Positions 51,658 to 62,825 of a stretch of 64,000 bases of DNA are shown in pieces. Every line of letters begins with the position of its first letter. The first letter of the stretch is position 1. The notes beneath the pieces are model-generated. The model did no database searches. It worked only from the letters and a program-made list of their open reading frames with translations, and was not told where the DNA came from. The stretch lies in the NCBI RefSeq assembly GCF_036971445.1, contig NC_091471.1, positions 359,724,001 to 359,788,000 on the forward strand, read 5' to 3'. Source of the DNA: Narcine bancroftii (lineage: Eukaryota). Both the position numbers and the translations under genes were made by a program.

Positions 51658-51870
51658 GGGCAGCACGGTTCACATAGTGATTTGTGCAATGCAGCACAAT
51701 GCAGCTGGGGTTCGAATCTGGTGCTGTCTGTGATGAATTAGTACGTTCTCCCCGTGGGCTTCCTCCCGCACCTTTAAAACGTTCAGGGGCTGTAGGCCAA
51801 TTGGGCGGCACGGGCTCCTGGACCAGAAGGGCCTGTTACCGTGCTGTATATCTGCATTTAAAATTTCAAT
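51658..51870 (+). mobile_element. V-SINE
   Basis: GGGCAGCACGG head, GGTTCGAATC, family tail. Confidence 0.85.
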
Positions 51871-52079
51871 TTCAGGGATGGTTGTGAATCAATTGCATTG
51901 CTATTGCTTGGGAGTCACAGGGTTAAAACAACTTGTGTCTTTGCTGAAGGGCAATAAGTAAGGCTTTATGTGGCAGAAAAACAAGGAGCACTTGTATGCT
52001 GTGTTTCCACATTTTCAGGTTCCCCTGAATACTTCAGTGGTTCTCAATGATTCAGGGTCTTCTGGTTCATCTGTCGTAA

Positions 52080-52509
52080 GGACAACCTGTCCCCAGTACT
52101 TTTCTGCAGTGCTATACGGTAACAGTACTGTTCTAGAGTGACAGATACATCCACATCACTAATGCTACAAATTAACAGAAATGTCCCCTCCTGTACTGTG
52201 CCCCAGTGTTCCAGAGTGACAGATCTATCCATACCAGTACTGTACCCCAGTATTATATGGTGATAGACTTTTCTCCGCCAATGCTGTACCTCAATGCTAT
52301 ACAATAACAGATACATCCCCTTCATTACTGTACCCTGGTGTTCCAAAATGACAGATCAATCCATACCAGTACTCTTCCCCAGTATTATATGGTGATAGAC
52401 CTTTTCTCACTAGTACTGTATCCCAGTGCTATACAGCAATAGACACGTCCCTTCCATTACTGTACCCAGTGTTCCAGAGTGACAGATCCATCTATACTAG
52501 TACTGTACC
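52080..52509. repeat. 44-bp minisatellite with a 3-monomer higher-order period
   Basis: Unit ~CCCCAGTGTTAYAGAGTGACAGAYCTRTCCMYACCAGTACTGTA; resumes at ~52711-52735 after the LTR. Confidence 0.9.
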
Positions 52510-52712
52510 TGTGGTAAACCACTGTTACACAGTGATTGGCTGCTATCGACTGGACACGTCTCCCGAGACCGATCCTACCCATAGCCCCTTGCAGGCTGCC
52601 CCTTTCCTCAGTCAAGGAGGTGGATGGTTGTTAGATAGTGTTCCAGAGTTTAGCTATTAAAAGCCTGATTACTTCACTATTCAGCCTTTTGTGAATTATT
52701 GATGGTATGGTA
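52510..52712 (+). mobile_element. Solo LTR-like insert inside the minisatellite
   Basis: Starts TGTGGTAAACC and has ATTGG and ATTAAA. Homologous to 31029-31127. Right terminus not recognisable. Confidence 0.65.
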
Positions 52713-53136
52713 TTATAAGGTGACAGACCCATCCCTAAATACTCTGAAAGTTTAAAATGATAATATAAATCATTCACAAGTTCCTTTCACAAAGAAGGAA
52801 TCTGCAAAGAATGGAGCAAAAGTTTTGGATTGCAGTTTCATCAACTCATTGCCAACATTCCTATAGTGTAAGTAATCTGTGAGAAGGTGACATTGCAATA
52901 CATTCATTTTATTTTGTAGCAGAACATATAACAAATGGAATACTGATAATAGAGATCTTCAGATGAACATACTTCTGGGTCAGCTTGTTGCTGAGGGAAC
53001 ACACTGTATGGAGGGAGGAGCTGGGCGTGGGAAGTCTTTGGAAATATCCACGTGATGTCTTTGACATTCAGCTTGGTTTTGCATGGATAATGCCAATGTA
53101 GACATAAGCTGTATTACAAGGGCGTTAACAGGCATT

Positions 53137-54210
53137 CTTCTTCTTTGGCTTGGCTTCGCGGACGAAGATTTATGGAGGGGGTAAAAAGTCCACGTCAGCT
53201 GCAGGCTCGTTTGTGGCTGACCAGTCCGATGCGGGACAGGCAGACACGATTGCAGCGGTTGCAAGGGAAAATTGGTTGGTTGGGGTTGGGTGTTGGGTTT
53301 TTCCTCCTTTGCCTTTTGTCAGTGAGGTGGGCTCTGCGGTCTTCTTCAAAGGAGGCTGCTGCCCGCCAAACTGTGAGGCGCCAAGATGCACGGTTTGAGG
53401 CGTTATCAGCCCACTGGCGGTGGTCAATGTGGCAGGCACCAAGAGATTTCTTTAGGCAGTCCTTGTACCTTTTCTTTGGTGCACCTCTGTCACGGTGGCC
53501 AGTGGAGAGCTCGCCATATAATACGATCTTGGGAAGGCGATGGTCCTCCATTCTGGAGACGTGACCCATCCAGCGCAGCTGGATCTTCAGCAGCGTGGAC
53601 TCGATGCTGTCGACCTCTGCCATCTCGAGTACCTCGACGTTAGGGGTGTGAGCGCTCCAATGGATGTTGAGGATGGAGCGGAGACAACGCTGGTGGAAGC
53701 GTTCTAGGAGCCGTAGGTGGTGCCGGTAGAGGACCCATGATTCGGAGCCGAACAGGAGTGTGGGTATGACAACGGCTCTGTATACGCTTATCTTTGTGAG
53801 GTTTTTCAGTTGGTTGTTTTTCCAGACTCTTTTGTGTAGTCTTCCAAAGGCGCTATTTGCCTTGGCGAGTCTGTTGTCTATCTCATTGTCGATCCTTGCA
53901 TCTGATGAAATGGTGCAGCCGAGATAGGTAAACTGGTTGACCGTTTTGAGTTTTGTGTGCCCGATGGAGATGTGGGGGGGCTGGTAGTCATGGTGGGGAG
54001 CTGGCTGATGGAGGACCTCAGTTTTCTTCAGGCTGACTTCCAGGCCAAACATTTTGGCAGTTTCCGCAAAGCAGGACGTCAAGCGCTGAAGAGCTGGCTC
54101 TGAATGGGCAACTAAAGCGGCATCATCTGCAAAGAGTAGTTCACGGACAAGTTTCTCTTGTGTCTTGGTGTGAGCTTGCAGGCGCCTCAGATTGAAGAGA
54201 CTGCCATCCG
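53137..54210 (-). mobile_element. 5'-truncated RTE-clade LINE, young copy
   Basis: Uninterrupted RT C-terminal frame (LLFADDAAL, FTYLG, C-terminal CNRC..H zinc finger), AGA-repeat tail, and a 12-bp TSD TTAACAGGCATT at 53125-53136 and 54219-54230. Confidence 0.96.
53195..54210 (-). pseudogene. RTE ORF C-terminal part (RT domain 5 onward, thumb, zinc finger)
   Basis: ORF 53195..54283. The residues encoded 5' of 54210 come from flanking DNA. Confidence 0.9.
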
Positions 54211-54649
54211 TTAATGCATTAACAGGCATTAAGGCTGCTTCTATTAACCAACATACTTGCCAAGTCCTGACAGTCAATTTCACCAGGCTAGCATCAGTTC
54301 ACCTGTAGTGTAGATAATAAGCCAGTAGACGTGGCCACTTGGAGACACAAGAGGCTGCAAATTATCAAAAAAAAAACAAATGCTAGACTGATAGACTATC
54401 AATAATACCAAAAGGATGGAGTTGCTGGACGACAGGCTTTTAATAAGACTTGGACCATGCTCCTATTCTGGCCCAATCCCAGGTCTGGTACTGAGGGAGG
54501 GATTTGGCTTAACTGCCTTTATTAGGGGATCTAGGGGGTGGGGGTCATCGAGGGAAAGCAGGCCAGCCATACATATGGGCCATACATATACACTGTAACC
54601 AAGTAAGAGGATACAGCATATCACCACATTGACCAGCAGCATTCTGCTG

Positions 54650-56020
54650 AGGGATATTTGGCGTCGGGAGCTTGCATCAAGGCTGAGATGCATAGAAGGA
54701 AGATAGCCAGAATAACACAAGTGAGAGGGAGGGGTGAGACAGAGGCTGTTCAATGACAGCTGGAAACAGATAAGGGAAGAATGATGGACAGGTGGATTGA
54801 GGTGGAGAAGTGATAGGAAAAGTGAAGCAAAAGGGAGGAAATCCAAGTAGCTTGGTAACTGGCTGGTGGGCTGTTGGAAGCAAGGCTATGTTCAGGTTTT
54901 GGGGGGGGGGGGGGTGGTGGAATTGAAAAGGTGACCAAAGGGAGAGAGACCTTTTGTGCACTGGTGGGAGCAGGAAAAGAATACAGGGTATGTGGGCTAC
55001 CTGAATTTTAAAAACACATTATTAATATCATTGGGCTGTTGGCTCAGTTTTTCTTGTGTGTTTGGCCTCACTGTGGCAGCAGAGAGGTTCAAGGACAGAT
55101 AGGTCAGTGTGGGAATGGGAGCTTGACTTAAAAATGACATGCTCGAGATGGCCACTGATGAGAGAGCACAGGTGTTCCACCAAACAGCAGTCGAGTCTAC
55201 TCCTCATCCAACCAATGTAGAGAAGGCCACATCGCGAGCACTGAATGCAATAGCCAGATCGGAGGAGGTGCCTCACCTGGAAGGGCTGTTTAGGTCCCTG
55301 AGTGGTGAGGAGGAGGTGAAGGAGCACGATTTTCCCCTCCTATGGTCACAGGGGAAATGAGCAAATGGGGAAGTTATGGAAAGAAAAGGTGGAGGAAGGT
55401 GTCGATGGTGGTGGAATCCCATCGGAGCTGGTAGGAAGTGACAAAGGGTGATATACTGGATGTAGAGGTTGGCGGAGTAAAGGTTGAGGACCAGGGAAAC
55501 TCTGGGAGAGGGGAAGGTGTCAGAGGAAATGTATGTAAGGGAACCAACAACTACAGGAGAGAGGGTGGAGGACACTTGCAACTTCCTGGAATGGGAAGCC
55601 TAATCTTGTGCACAGATGCAGCCAAGATAGATGTAATAGTACAGATCTATCACCAATGTACATAGTGTATATAGTTACTGTATCTAGACTGTGCTTACAG
55701 CGATTGGCTGAGAGCTAAGCCACGCCTACTGTCTGGGCCTTAAAGGGTTGTGTCCCTAGCCAGGTCAGATCATTCCGGACTGGTCGGCCACCTGTGAAGA
55801 GCTCCTGTCTTTTGCTAATAAAAGCCTTGGTTTGGATCAACGTCTTTGGTTCTTTTGACGAGCTCTACAATAGAGAACTGACGAGAAATGGATGGCCATC
55901 ATCAAAGTCGGAGGAAGCGTAGTCAAGGTAGCTGTGGGAATCCGTAGGTTTAGAATTGATCATCTGGGTTGTTCATTTGCTATGATGGAGATAGAAAGAT
56001 ACAGAATAGGAAGAGAAGTT
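54650..56020 (-). mobile_element. Decayed Penelope-like element (RT thumb, GIY-YIG endonuclease, terminal repeat), interrupted by a solo LTR
   Basis: KPTDSHSYLDYASS at ~55910-55952; RVSLVLNL..YIQYITLCHF; QGPKQPFQVR..YCIQCSRCGLLYIG..RL...EHL..HSHTDLSVL in ORF 55028..55327. These match Penelope linker/GIY-YIG motifs. Pyrimidine-rich tail on the minus strand. Confidence 0.88.
55632..55869 (+). mobile_element. Solo LTR, 238 bp
   Basis: TGTAATAG...CTCTACA termini, 5-bp TSD ATAGA (55627-55631 and 55870-55874), internal ATTGG and AATAAA. Confidence 0.92.
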
Positions 56021-56029
56021 TTATTTTTT

Positions 56030-56258
56030 TTTTATATTTAGAAATACAGTGTGGAAACAGGACTTCAACCCATGAGCCCTCACCACCCAATGTTATCAAT
56101 TAATCTGCCAACCCCATGCATCTTTGGAATGTGGTAGGAAACCAAAGCACCCTGACGAAACCCACACAGACACGAGGAGAACGTACAAACTCCTTACTGA
56201 CAGTGGGTCGTTAAAGCTGTAATAGCACTGTACTAGCCACTATTACTAACCATGCCAC
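56030..56258 (-). mobile_element. V-SINE
   Basis: Reverse V-core and GAGAACGTACAAACTCCTTAC. Confidence 0.8.
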
Positions 56259-57908
56259 ATCAGAGATCATCCAAGCAAATTTGAGGGGAGAGTAGAAGTT
56301 AACGGTACAAAATCGCCAAGATCCACAGGCAGCACCAATGCAGACATCAAGGGAGCAGAGAAAGGGCTGGGGAGCAGTGACAGGGGAATTTTGGAACAAG
56401 GACTATCTTAAGAGGCCTATAAAAAAAGATGGATATTGTCACCTCCTATCCTTAGGCAGAGGGTGCAGGAAATGACCACAGATAGGTTTCAACATTTGCC
56501 AGAGAGATTGAAAGGACAAAAGCAGGGTCTAAATGCACAAGTTTCATCAAAGCGATTTCAGCGTGAAGGCAAGCTCCATGCAGAGGTGCTGCTGTCTGGT
56601 TCGTAACTTTATTTCTCTTTCTCTCTGTGGCATCCAACCAAAAGAAACCTCGAAAAAAGGCTGGAGGCCCGGCAGTCAGGGAGACTTCATTACAGGACAA
56701 AGATGAGAAAAGTGCATTGGCTGAGTGACTGAGGCCGTGGATGGGAAGAACTCTGATGGAAGGGGGTGGCAGTCGGCTGCGGTTGTAAGCTCAGAGCAAG
56801 TGAACCCATAGGGAATGCTGTTGATCCTTCTCAACTCAAAAGCTGTGCCTTGTAATAAAAACAACAGGAAATGCTAGAATTATTTAGCAGGTCAACACTA
56901 TAGAGATAGAAACGAGTAAATATTTCCAATCATTGGAACTGGGTGGGGGGGGGAAGAAATACAATTTGCAGAGAAGGGATGGGATGGATTGAATAAATTC
57001 TGCAAATATTATTTAACCTCAGATACTTGCTATTTCTCTCTTTAGATGAATGCAGAAAGGAATTCACCACAACCTTCCGTAAATCCAAATGTTAATTAGT
57101 TCCTCTTTGGTACATAATCCTATTCCGATAACAACTAAGGACATTAACAAATTATTGAGTATACTAGCATATCAATGTAGATTAGTATCACTGATAATCA
57201 ACTGCCATCAGTGATATTTAGACTACATTCTTCAGATATTTCATTTTGATGAGGAGACGTTTTTGGAAATATCTTCACAGACCTGTACAACAAAGACAAC
57301 CTTGTCCTACAAGACAAAGTAGCTTGCCTGCCAAATACTTCTCTTGCAATGCCATTCTATTATTTACAAAAATGACACAGCTTCATCCATTTGTGTCCAG
57401 GAACTTTATTTGTTCCAATCATGTGACTCTCATAATTTATTGTCCATTCTCTGAAATGAGGAGGCAATTAGAAGTTGACCATTTTCATGTGTCTAGAGTC
57501 AGTTACAAGCTATTGCTGATAAACATGGCATAGTTCCTACCCTGAGGATTATTAGTGAGACAAGTTAACTCTAGAATAATTGAGTCATAGAGCCACCTAG
57601 CCTGGAACAGGCCCTTCGGTGCAACTTGTCTATTCATATATCTATCCAAATGTCTTTTGAAAACATAATTGTATCTACTTCATAGATTCCTCTGGTGATT
57701 CATTATTCATATGGACTAACATCTCAGTGCAATAATTGTTCCTCATGTCCCCTGCACCTTAAACCTTTGCCCTTCAGTTTTAATGGATGGGTTCTATGTC
57801 AATTTCCACCTTCAATGTCATTATTTCAGACCCTGGCTTTTGAGTTCAAGATTTATGAAATTAATTTCCAACAGCTAAGTTAATATTCAAACTTTATTTT
57901 TTCCAAAT

Positions 57909-58070
57909 CGGCAACACAGTTGGCGCCACGCCTTTACAGCGCCAGCGATCTGGCCGGTCTGGGGTTCAAATCCTGGGCCATCTGTAAGGAGTTCGTTAAT
58001 AGGTGTAAATTGGGAGGCAAGGACTCGTGGGCCGAAATGGCCTGTTATCATGCTGCCTGTCTAAATTTAA
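57909..58070 (+). mobile_element. V-SINE with internal deletion of the V-core
   Basis: Head and tail of the family joined near 57995. Confidence 0.82.
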
Positions 58071-58714
58071 AAATGTAAATTTATTTTTAAAATATTTAGG
58101 GTCAAGCTCTGGTTACCAGAGCTATACCACCTTACTGAAATCAGGAAATGTTTCTTCAAGTCTGGTTTTATTCCGCACATTTGTTTCAGTGCTGGAAGAG
58201 TGAAAAATCTTTTTTTTTAAAAAAGCACTTGCACAGTTAACTTGGAATGTTTCCTTTGGTAGAACTAACTGAAAAAAAATCATGGTATATTCCCATTTTT
58301 TTTCTCAAACTGTTCGGTCAGTCAAAGCATGCATTGAAACTCAATAACCAAGTCATTCATTTCATTTCTGCCCTGGCATTAATGCAATCCTAATCCTTCT
58401 CAACCAGAAAAAGAACCGTTATTTTGACCAGCCTAGACCCCAAGATCCCTTCAGATGTTGAGTCTTATGCTGGAGTTGGGGTCTGATACCTACTTCTCTC
58501 AATGACCTTCATTCAGACATGAGTCACCTGGAAAGTGTTAGAAGGTTGTTTGTGCATCACACTTTAGTCTTGACAGTGCTGCAAGTACTCAACTAATGGG
58601 GGGAAAAAATGCTATAAAATCACAGTCTTCTGCATTGTAACTCACTTTTTATTTATTTATTTAATCATTCATAAGCCTAAGCAGTGCTGGTAAAACTATC
58701 CATTTACTAACTAT

Positions 58715-58900
58715 CTTAAATGCACCTACTAACGCTCCAAAGCCTGTCCACCATCTACAAAGCTCAAGACCGTATTGTGATGGAATTCTTTCCACTTGCC
58801 TGGATAAATGCAGCTTCTACGACATTCAAGAAGCTTGACGATATGCAAAGCATTGCAGTCTGTTCAATGAGCACTCCATTCATAAGCATTCACTCATATG
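58715..58900 (+). mobile_element. Old CR1/L2-group RT C-terminal fragment
   Basis: LSTIYKAQDRIVMEFFPLAW..TTFKKLD resembles the YKAQVRSVMEY motif. Confidence 0.7.
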
Positions 58901-59550
58901 CAGAGCAATGAGTCTTGTATGTTCAGTTCAACAACTGTTTGAATGAAAAAGCTGAACCATCAGATGAAACATATGCTTTACATTTTACATTTTTTTGCTC
59001 ACGTTGATCTCTTTTTCATCACCCTTTCATTCTGAGCACAACAAGGAACAAACCACTTCCCAAAGCTATTTGCCAGCTGATTCTGAGAAATTTTGCACTT
59101 CAAATCTGTTGTCTTTTACATCCCCATTCCTGGAAAGTAAATTCCCTCCAATTTTTGACTATTTTTGCTTCTGTCACTTTCACTCTTGGGATGGCAGCTG
59201 TGTTATCTAAGTTATTTATCTTTACTTTACCCCAAGGACATTTAGAGTCTTTCATACAGCAAGGAACTATATTATTTGTGGATCACTGTTGACAAGTGTG
59301 GCACATCCTTTTTACCAAAGGATATTTCTTAATTATATTGAGTTCTTTATTCAATAAATCAACTTGGTTCATGGTGACTTCACAAAAATAACTAGAAACA
59401 GTGAATTCAAATTCACAACCTATCAAATTTGAACTCACGGCAAATGGATTGACTGTTGATGTTTAGACACCAGGCTTCCACAACCAACAGACCTTTAGAC
59501 TGGAGATTTTCGAATCAAAGAAAATGGATGTCATCTGATAAACATTATCG

Positions 59551-59670
59551 CAATGACAAGAGTCTGTAGATGCTGGAATCTGAGCAAAAAAAAATTTGCT
59601 GGAGGAAATCTTCAGGTCAAGCAGCATCTGTAAAGGAAAAGAAATTGTTGATGGTTTAGGCTGAAATCCC
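59551..59670 (-). mobile_element. Penelope-terminal mini-element, truncated at the core
   Basis: TCTGTAGATGCTGGAATCTGAGC..GGTCAAGCAGCATCTG. Confidence 0.7.
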
Positions 59671-61480
59671 AGAAAGTGGCTGGGAAGAGCCCAAGTCTTT
59701 CTTTCAATAGGTTGTGACATCATCTAAATGCCCGTCCATAAATCTGGATATAACTTTTCGTTTGCCCACGGAGAATGATCTGAGCAAAGGAATGAACTGC
59801 AAAAGCAAATTGGATTTAAATATTTCACTCAACATTTGAAGAAGGGAGCAAAACAAATCAACAGGGAGGCTGTTCAACCCCATGGAATAATTTTAACTTG
59901 CTGGATAGGAAACAATGGTACAGGACAAAATGACAAGAAATTTTGAAGCCTCTCAATATAAAATTTCCCAAGTCCATAGTCCATTCTATATATGGCTAAT
60001 TATATTCTTGCTACACCCAAAGCATACGGAAATGCTGAGGTCAAAGAAACAAAATATACCTGCTTTCAACATCGACTTCAAAGAAAAGAATGAACTTTCA
60101 AAATGTCTAATTTACGATACAATGCTACAACCATAGTACTCTGCAAATGTTCCCTTCTTTTCATTCCTTTAAAGGATGTACTAGTCAGTCTTGATTATCG
60201 GTCTCCATGATACCAATATATTTTTTTAATGTTATGTGCAGCTGCCCATCTGCGCAATCAGATGATGTTTCATTCAAATTGGGGTTTAACATTGTCAAAT
60301 CCAAAATTATTGGAAAACGTGGATTAAAATCTAATCCAATTAGGTTTTGTAATGAGTTACAACTCAAATCCATAAACTAATCTTCTCACCCAATATCTTG
60401 CAATATCAAATATCATTTTTAGAAACATAAGTACTTTAAATAACAAGGATTATTAAAGATTACAGAGAAGTTGAATGTCAGCATTCACACTGGAAGCCTT
60501 CCATGAGAGTAAAAAAGGCTCCGCTTATAAAACAGATGGTAATAAACACATCATGGAAATGGGTGGTAAATCCATTTTAACAGCAAGGTGTGAAAATGAC
60601 TGGGCAAGCCTGATACTATAAAATTATTACACATTCCAGTAATGCTTCCCACTGACAAACAACAGTGAAAGCAGAACAAAACCTCAATCTTCCAAGTCAG
60701 ATTGCACTGATCTTATTTCTTTGTAAGAAATGAGCAAAGTTTAAAAGTTTTACCACAAAACGTCATTGAAAACAGCTGGGTGTTTTTTTTTATAACTTCT
60801 TCACAGAATGTGGGCATTGCTGGCAAGATGTTGATACTGTCCAAGTTTTTTTTAAAAATCTGGGTTTAGTTTAATTAATTTAAATTCCCCAGCTACGGTG
60901 GGATAATAATGTGAATACACACTTGATTAAACCCCTTGCTTGAAAATTTGGATTTATACAGTGTATTTAGTAAATTCAAGACATCTCAAAATACTCTACA
61001 GCCAGTTAGATTCCTTGGAAATGTGTCCACTGTAGGAGAAATGAGTGCTGGTGAGGGAACGGGGCTGGCGTGCAATTTTCAAACATCAAGTTATAGCTAA
61101 CAGCAAAGTGGCAAAAAAAGACCCAAATAATTTGAAAAGAGGTCCAGAATAGGACTGGTACCTCTGTGGACCCTTCAGTGCCCACTAAACAAAGGCCAAG
61201 GCATTTGAGAGCATAGTTAAAAGTCAACCATATTGTTTTGGCTGATGTCACGTTTCAGGTAAGAATGATATATACATTCTGGAGCCAAATGGGCTAGGGT
61301 TCATTGGAAGTCTATTATTTACACCAGACTTGATTTAACTTTTATATATTTAATTCCTTTATTGCATTGGTGCAGTTCAAAATCATGTCTCCAAATCAAT
61401 AGTCCAGGTCTCAAATCATTGAATTAGTTTGTGGGTATACCCATAGGCCCAAATTTAAATTTAAAAAAATTACATTTTGT

Positions 61481-61590
61481 CCATACCTTGATGAAGTGTT
61501 CAAGCCTGAAATGTCTGTTACTTATCTTTATGTTTTCCATATAAAATACACTGTTTGGCCAGCTGAGTTTCTCCAGCATTATGTTTATAT
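61481..61590 (+). mobile_element. Penelope-terminal mini-element with a hammerhead-like core
   Basis: TTGATGA-A-GTGTTCAAGCCT-GAAA-TGTC, then CTGAGTTTCTCCAGCATT. Confidence 0.75.
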
Positions 61591-62024
61591 CCTCTTGTTT
61601 TTGGTCCAATCTTCAAGCTTACTAAAGTCCGCACACCCAGGCCACACTTGCCTGGTGAGTGGTGTGAACTGAAGTATGACAGGTTATGAGGAGGTTATGC
61701 TATTGCAACTCCAGGAGAAACTGACTGTATCAGTCAGTGAATGGACACTTGATTGTAAAATGGCTTGGGCAAGGACAGGAGCAAAACCTGAAATGGGCAG
61801 AAACTAATCACTGGGAAATGGTCTTGTTCTAAAAATTGTTAATTCCACAACATGGATGGAATATTCCCGACAGAAGAACAGGTTTGCACATACAAAACAC
61901 TTTGTGGTCCAGGTTTCTCCCAAAGTGTTGGTAACGTGTGGCTGTCAATCTTCATGCAGGAAAAATTCACAAGGAAGAGCATGAAAATAATAATGTGAAT
62001 ACACACTTGATTAAACCTCACTTC

Positions 62025-62590
62025 AAGTCAAGTTTATTTTCATCTGATTACAAGTACAACTTCAACGAAACAGCAGTCTCTGGTCCTTGGTGCAAAACAC
62101 GCAGACACACAACTGGACATAACACACATACACATATACAATACATATGCAGAGAAAGTATTCATATATACAAATAAATAAATATTGTTGTATTAATATG
62201 AGAATCTCAGATGGTTAGTGTGAGCAGTCCCTTTAGTCGTTCAACATTCTCACTACCCATGGGAAGAAGCTCTTCCTCATCCTGATGGTGCGGGCTCAGA
62301 TACTCCTGTATCTCTTGCCCGATGGGAACAGCTGAAAGATGCTGTGTGCAGGGTAGAAGGAGTCCTCCACAATTTTGCACACCCTCTTCAGACAGACAAG
62401 GATCCCAGTAGATCGTGTCGATGGGGAGGGGGTGGGGGGGGGGGGGGGGAAGACTTCAATGAAGGTCCTGGGGATTAACCTCTGATCCACTTCTCTGCAG
62501 CAACCATACCAAACTAATGAAAATGGCCAGGACCCTCTCGATACAGCTCCTGTAAAAGGTTGACATGATGGTGGCTGGTAGCCATGCCTG
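62025..62590 (-). mobile_element. Rex1/Babar 3' fragment
   Basis: ORF 62296..62625 ends CLKRVCKIVEDSFYPAHSIFQLFPSGKRYRSI; reverse tail at 62025-62045. Confidence 0.87.
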
Positions 62591-62639
62591 CGATGCGTGT
62601 TGCCATCTCGGATATTTGCATACACAATCCACTCGATCT

Positions 62640-62825
62640 ACCCCACTCTACTTAAAAACGGTACCACGGGGTTTTTAATGCGACCTGAAAGGGCCAGTTG
62701 GGCCTCAGTTTTCATTCCATTTGTGAAGACAACAGACCCAATTCTGCATCAGAGATTCTGCCTATATTTTGGAGCTGAGGACTTGAGTCCATTATCCTTT
62801 GACTTTTAGCAGCAACTGGGCTACA
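62640..62825 (-). mobile_element. Ancient DeuSINE (SacSINE1/AmnSINE1-like) remnant
   Basis: CCTGAAAGGGC..GGGCCTCAGTTT..TGAAGAC..GGACTTGAGTCC resembles the reverse DeuSINE head/Deu domain as I recall it. Related remnants are likely at ~3100-3200 and ~60960-61250. Confidence 0.55.

Noticed and set aside
52080-52509. CRISPR-like periodicity
   Set aside because: Contiguous degenerate monomers with no unique spacers and no cas genes, in a vertebrate context.
56452-56864. Two minus-strand ORFs in unique sequence
   Set aside because: Different frames, no recognisable homology and no consistent splice pattern.
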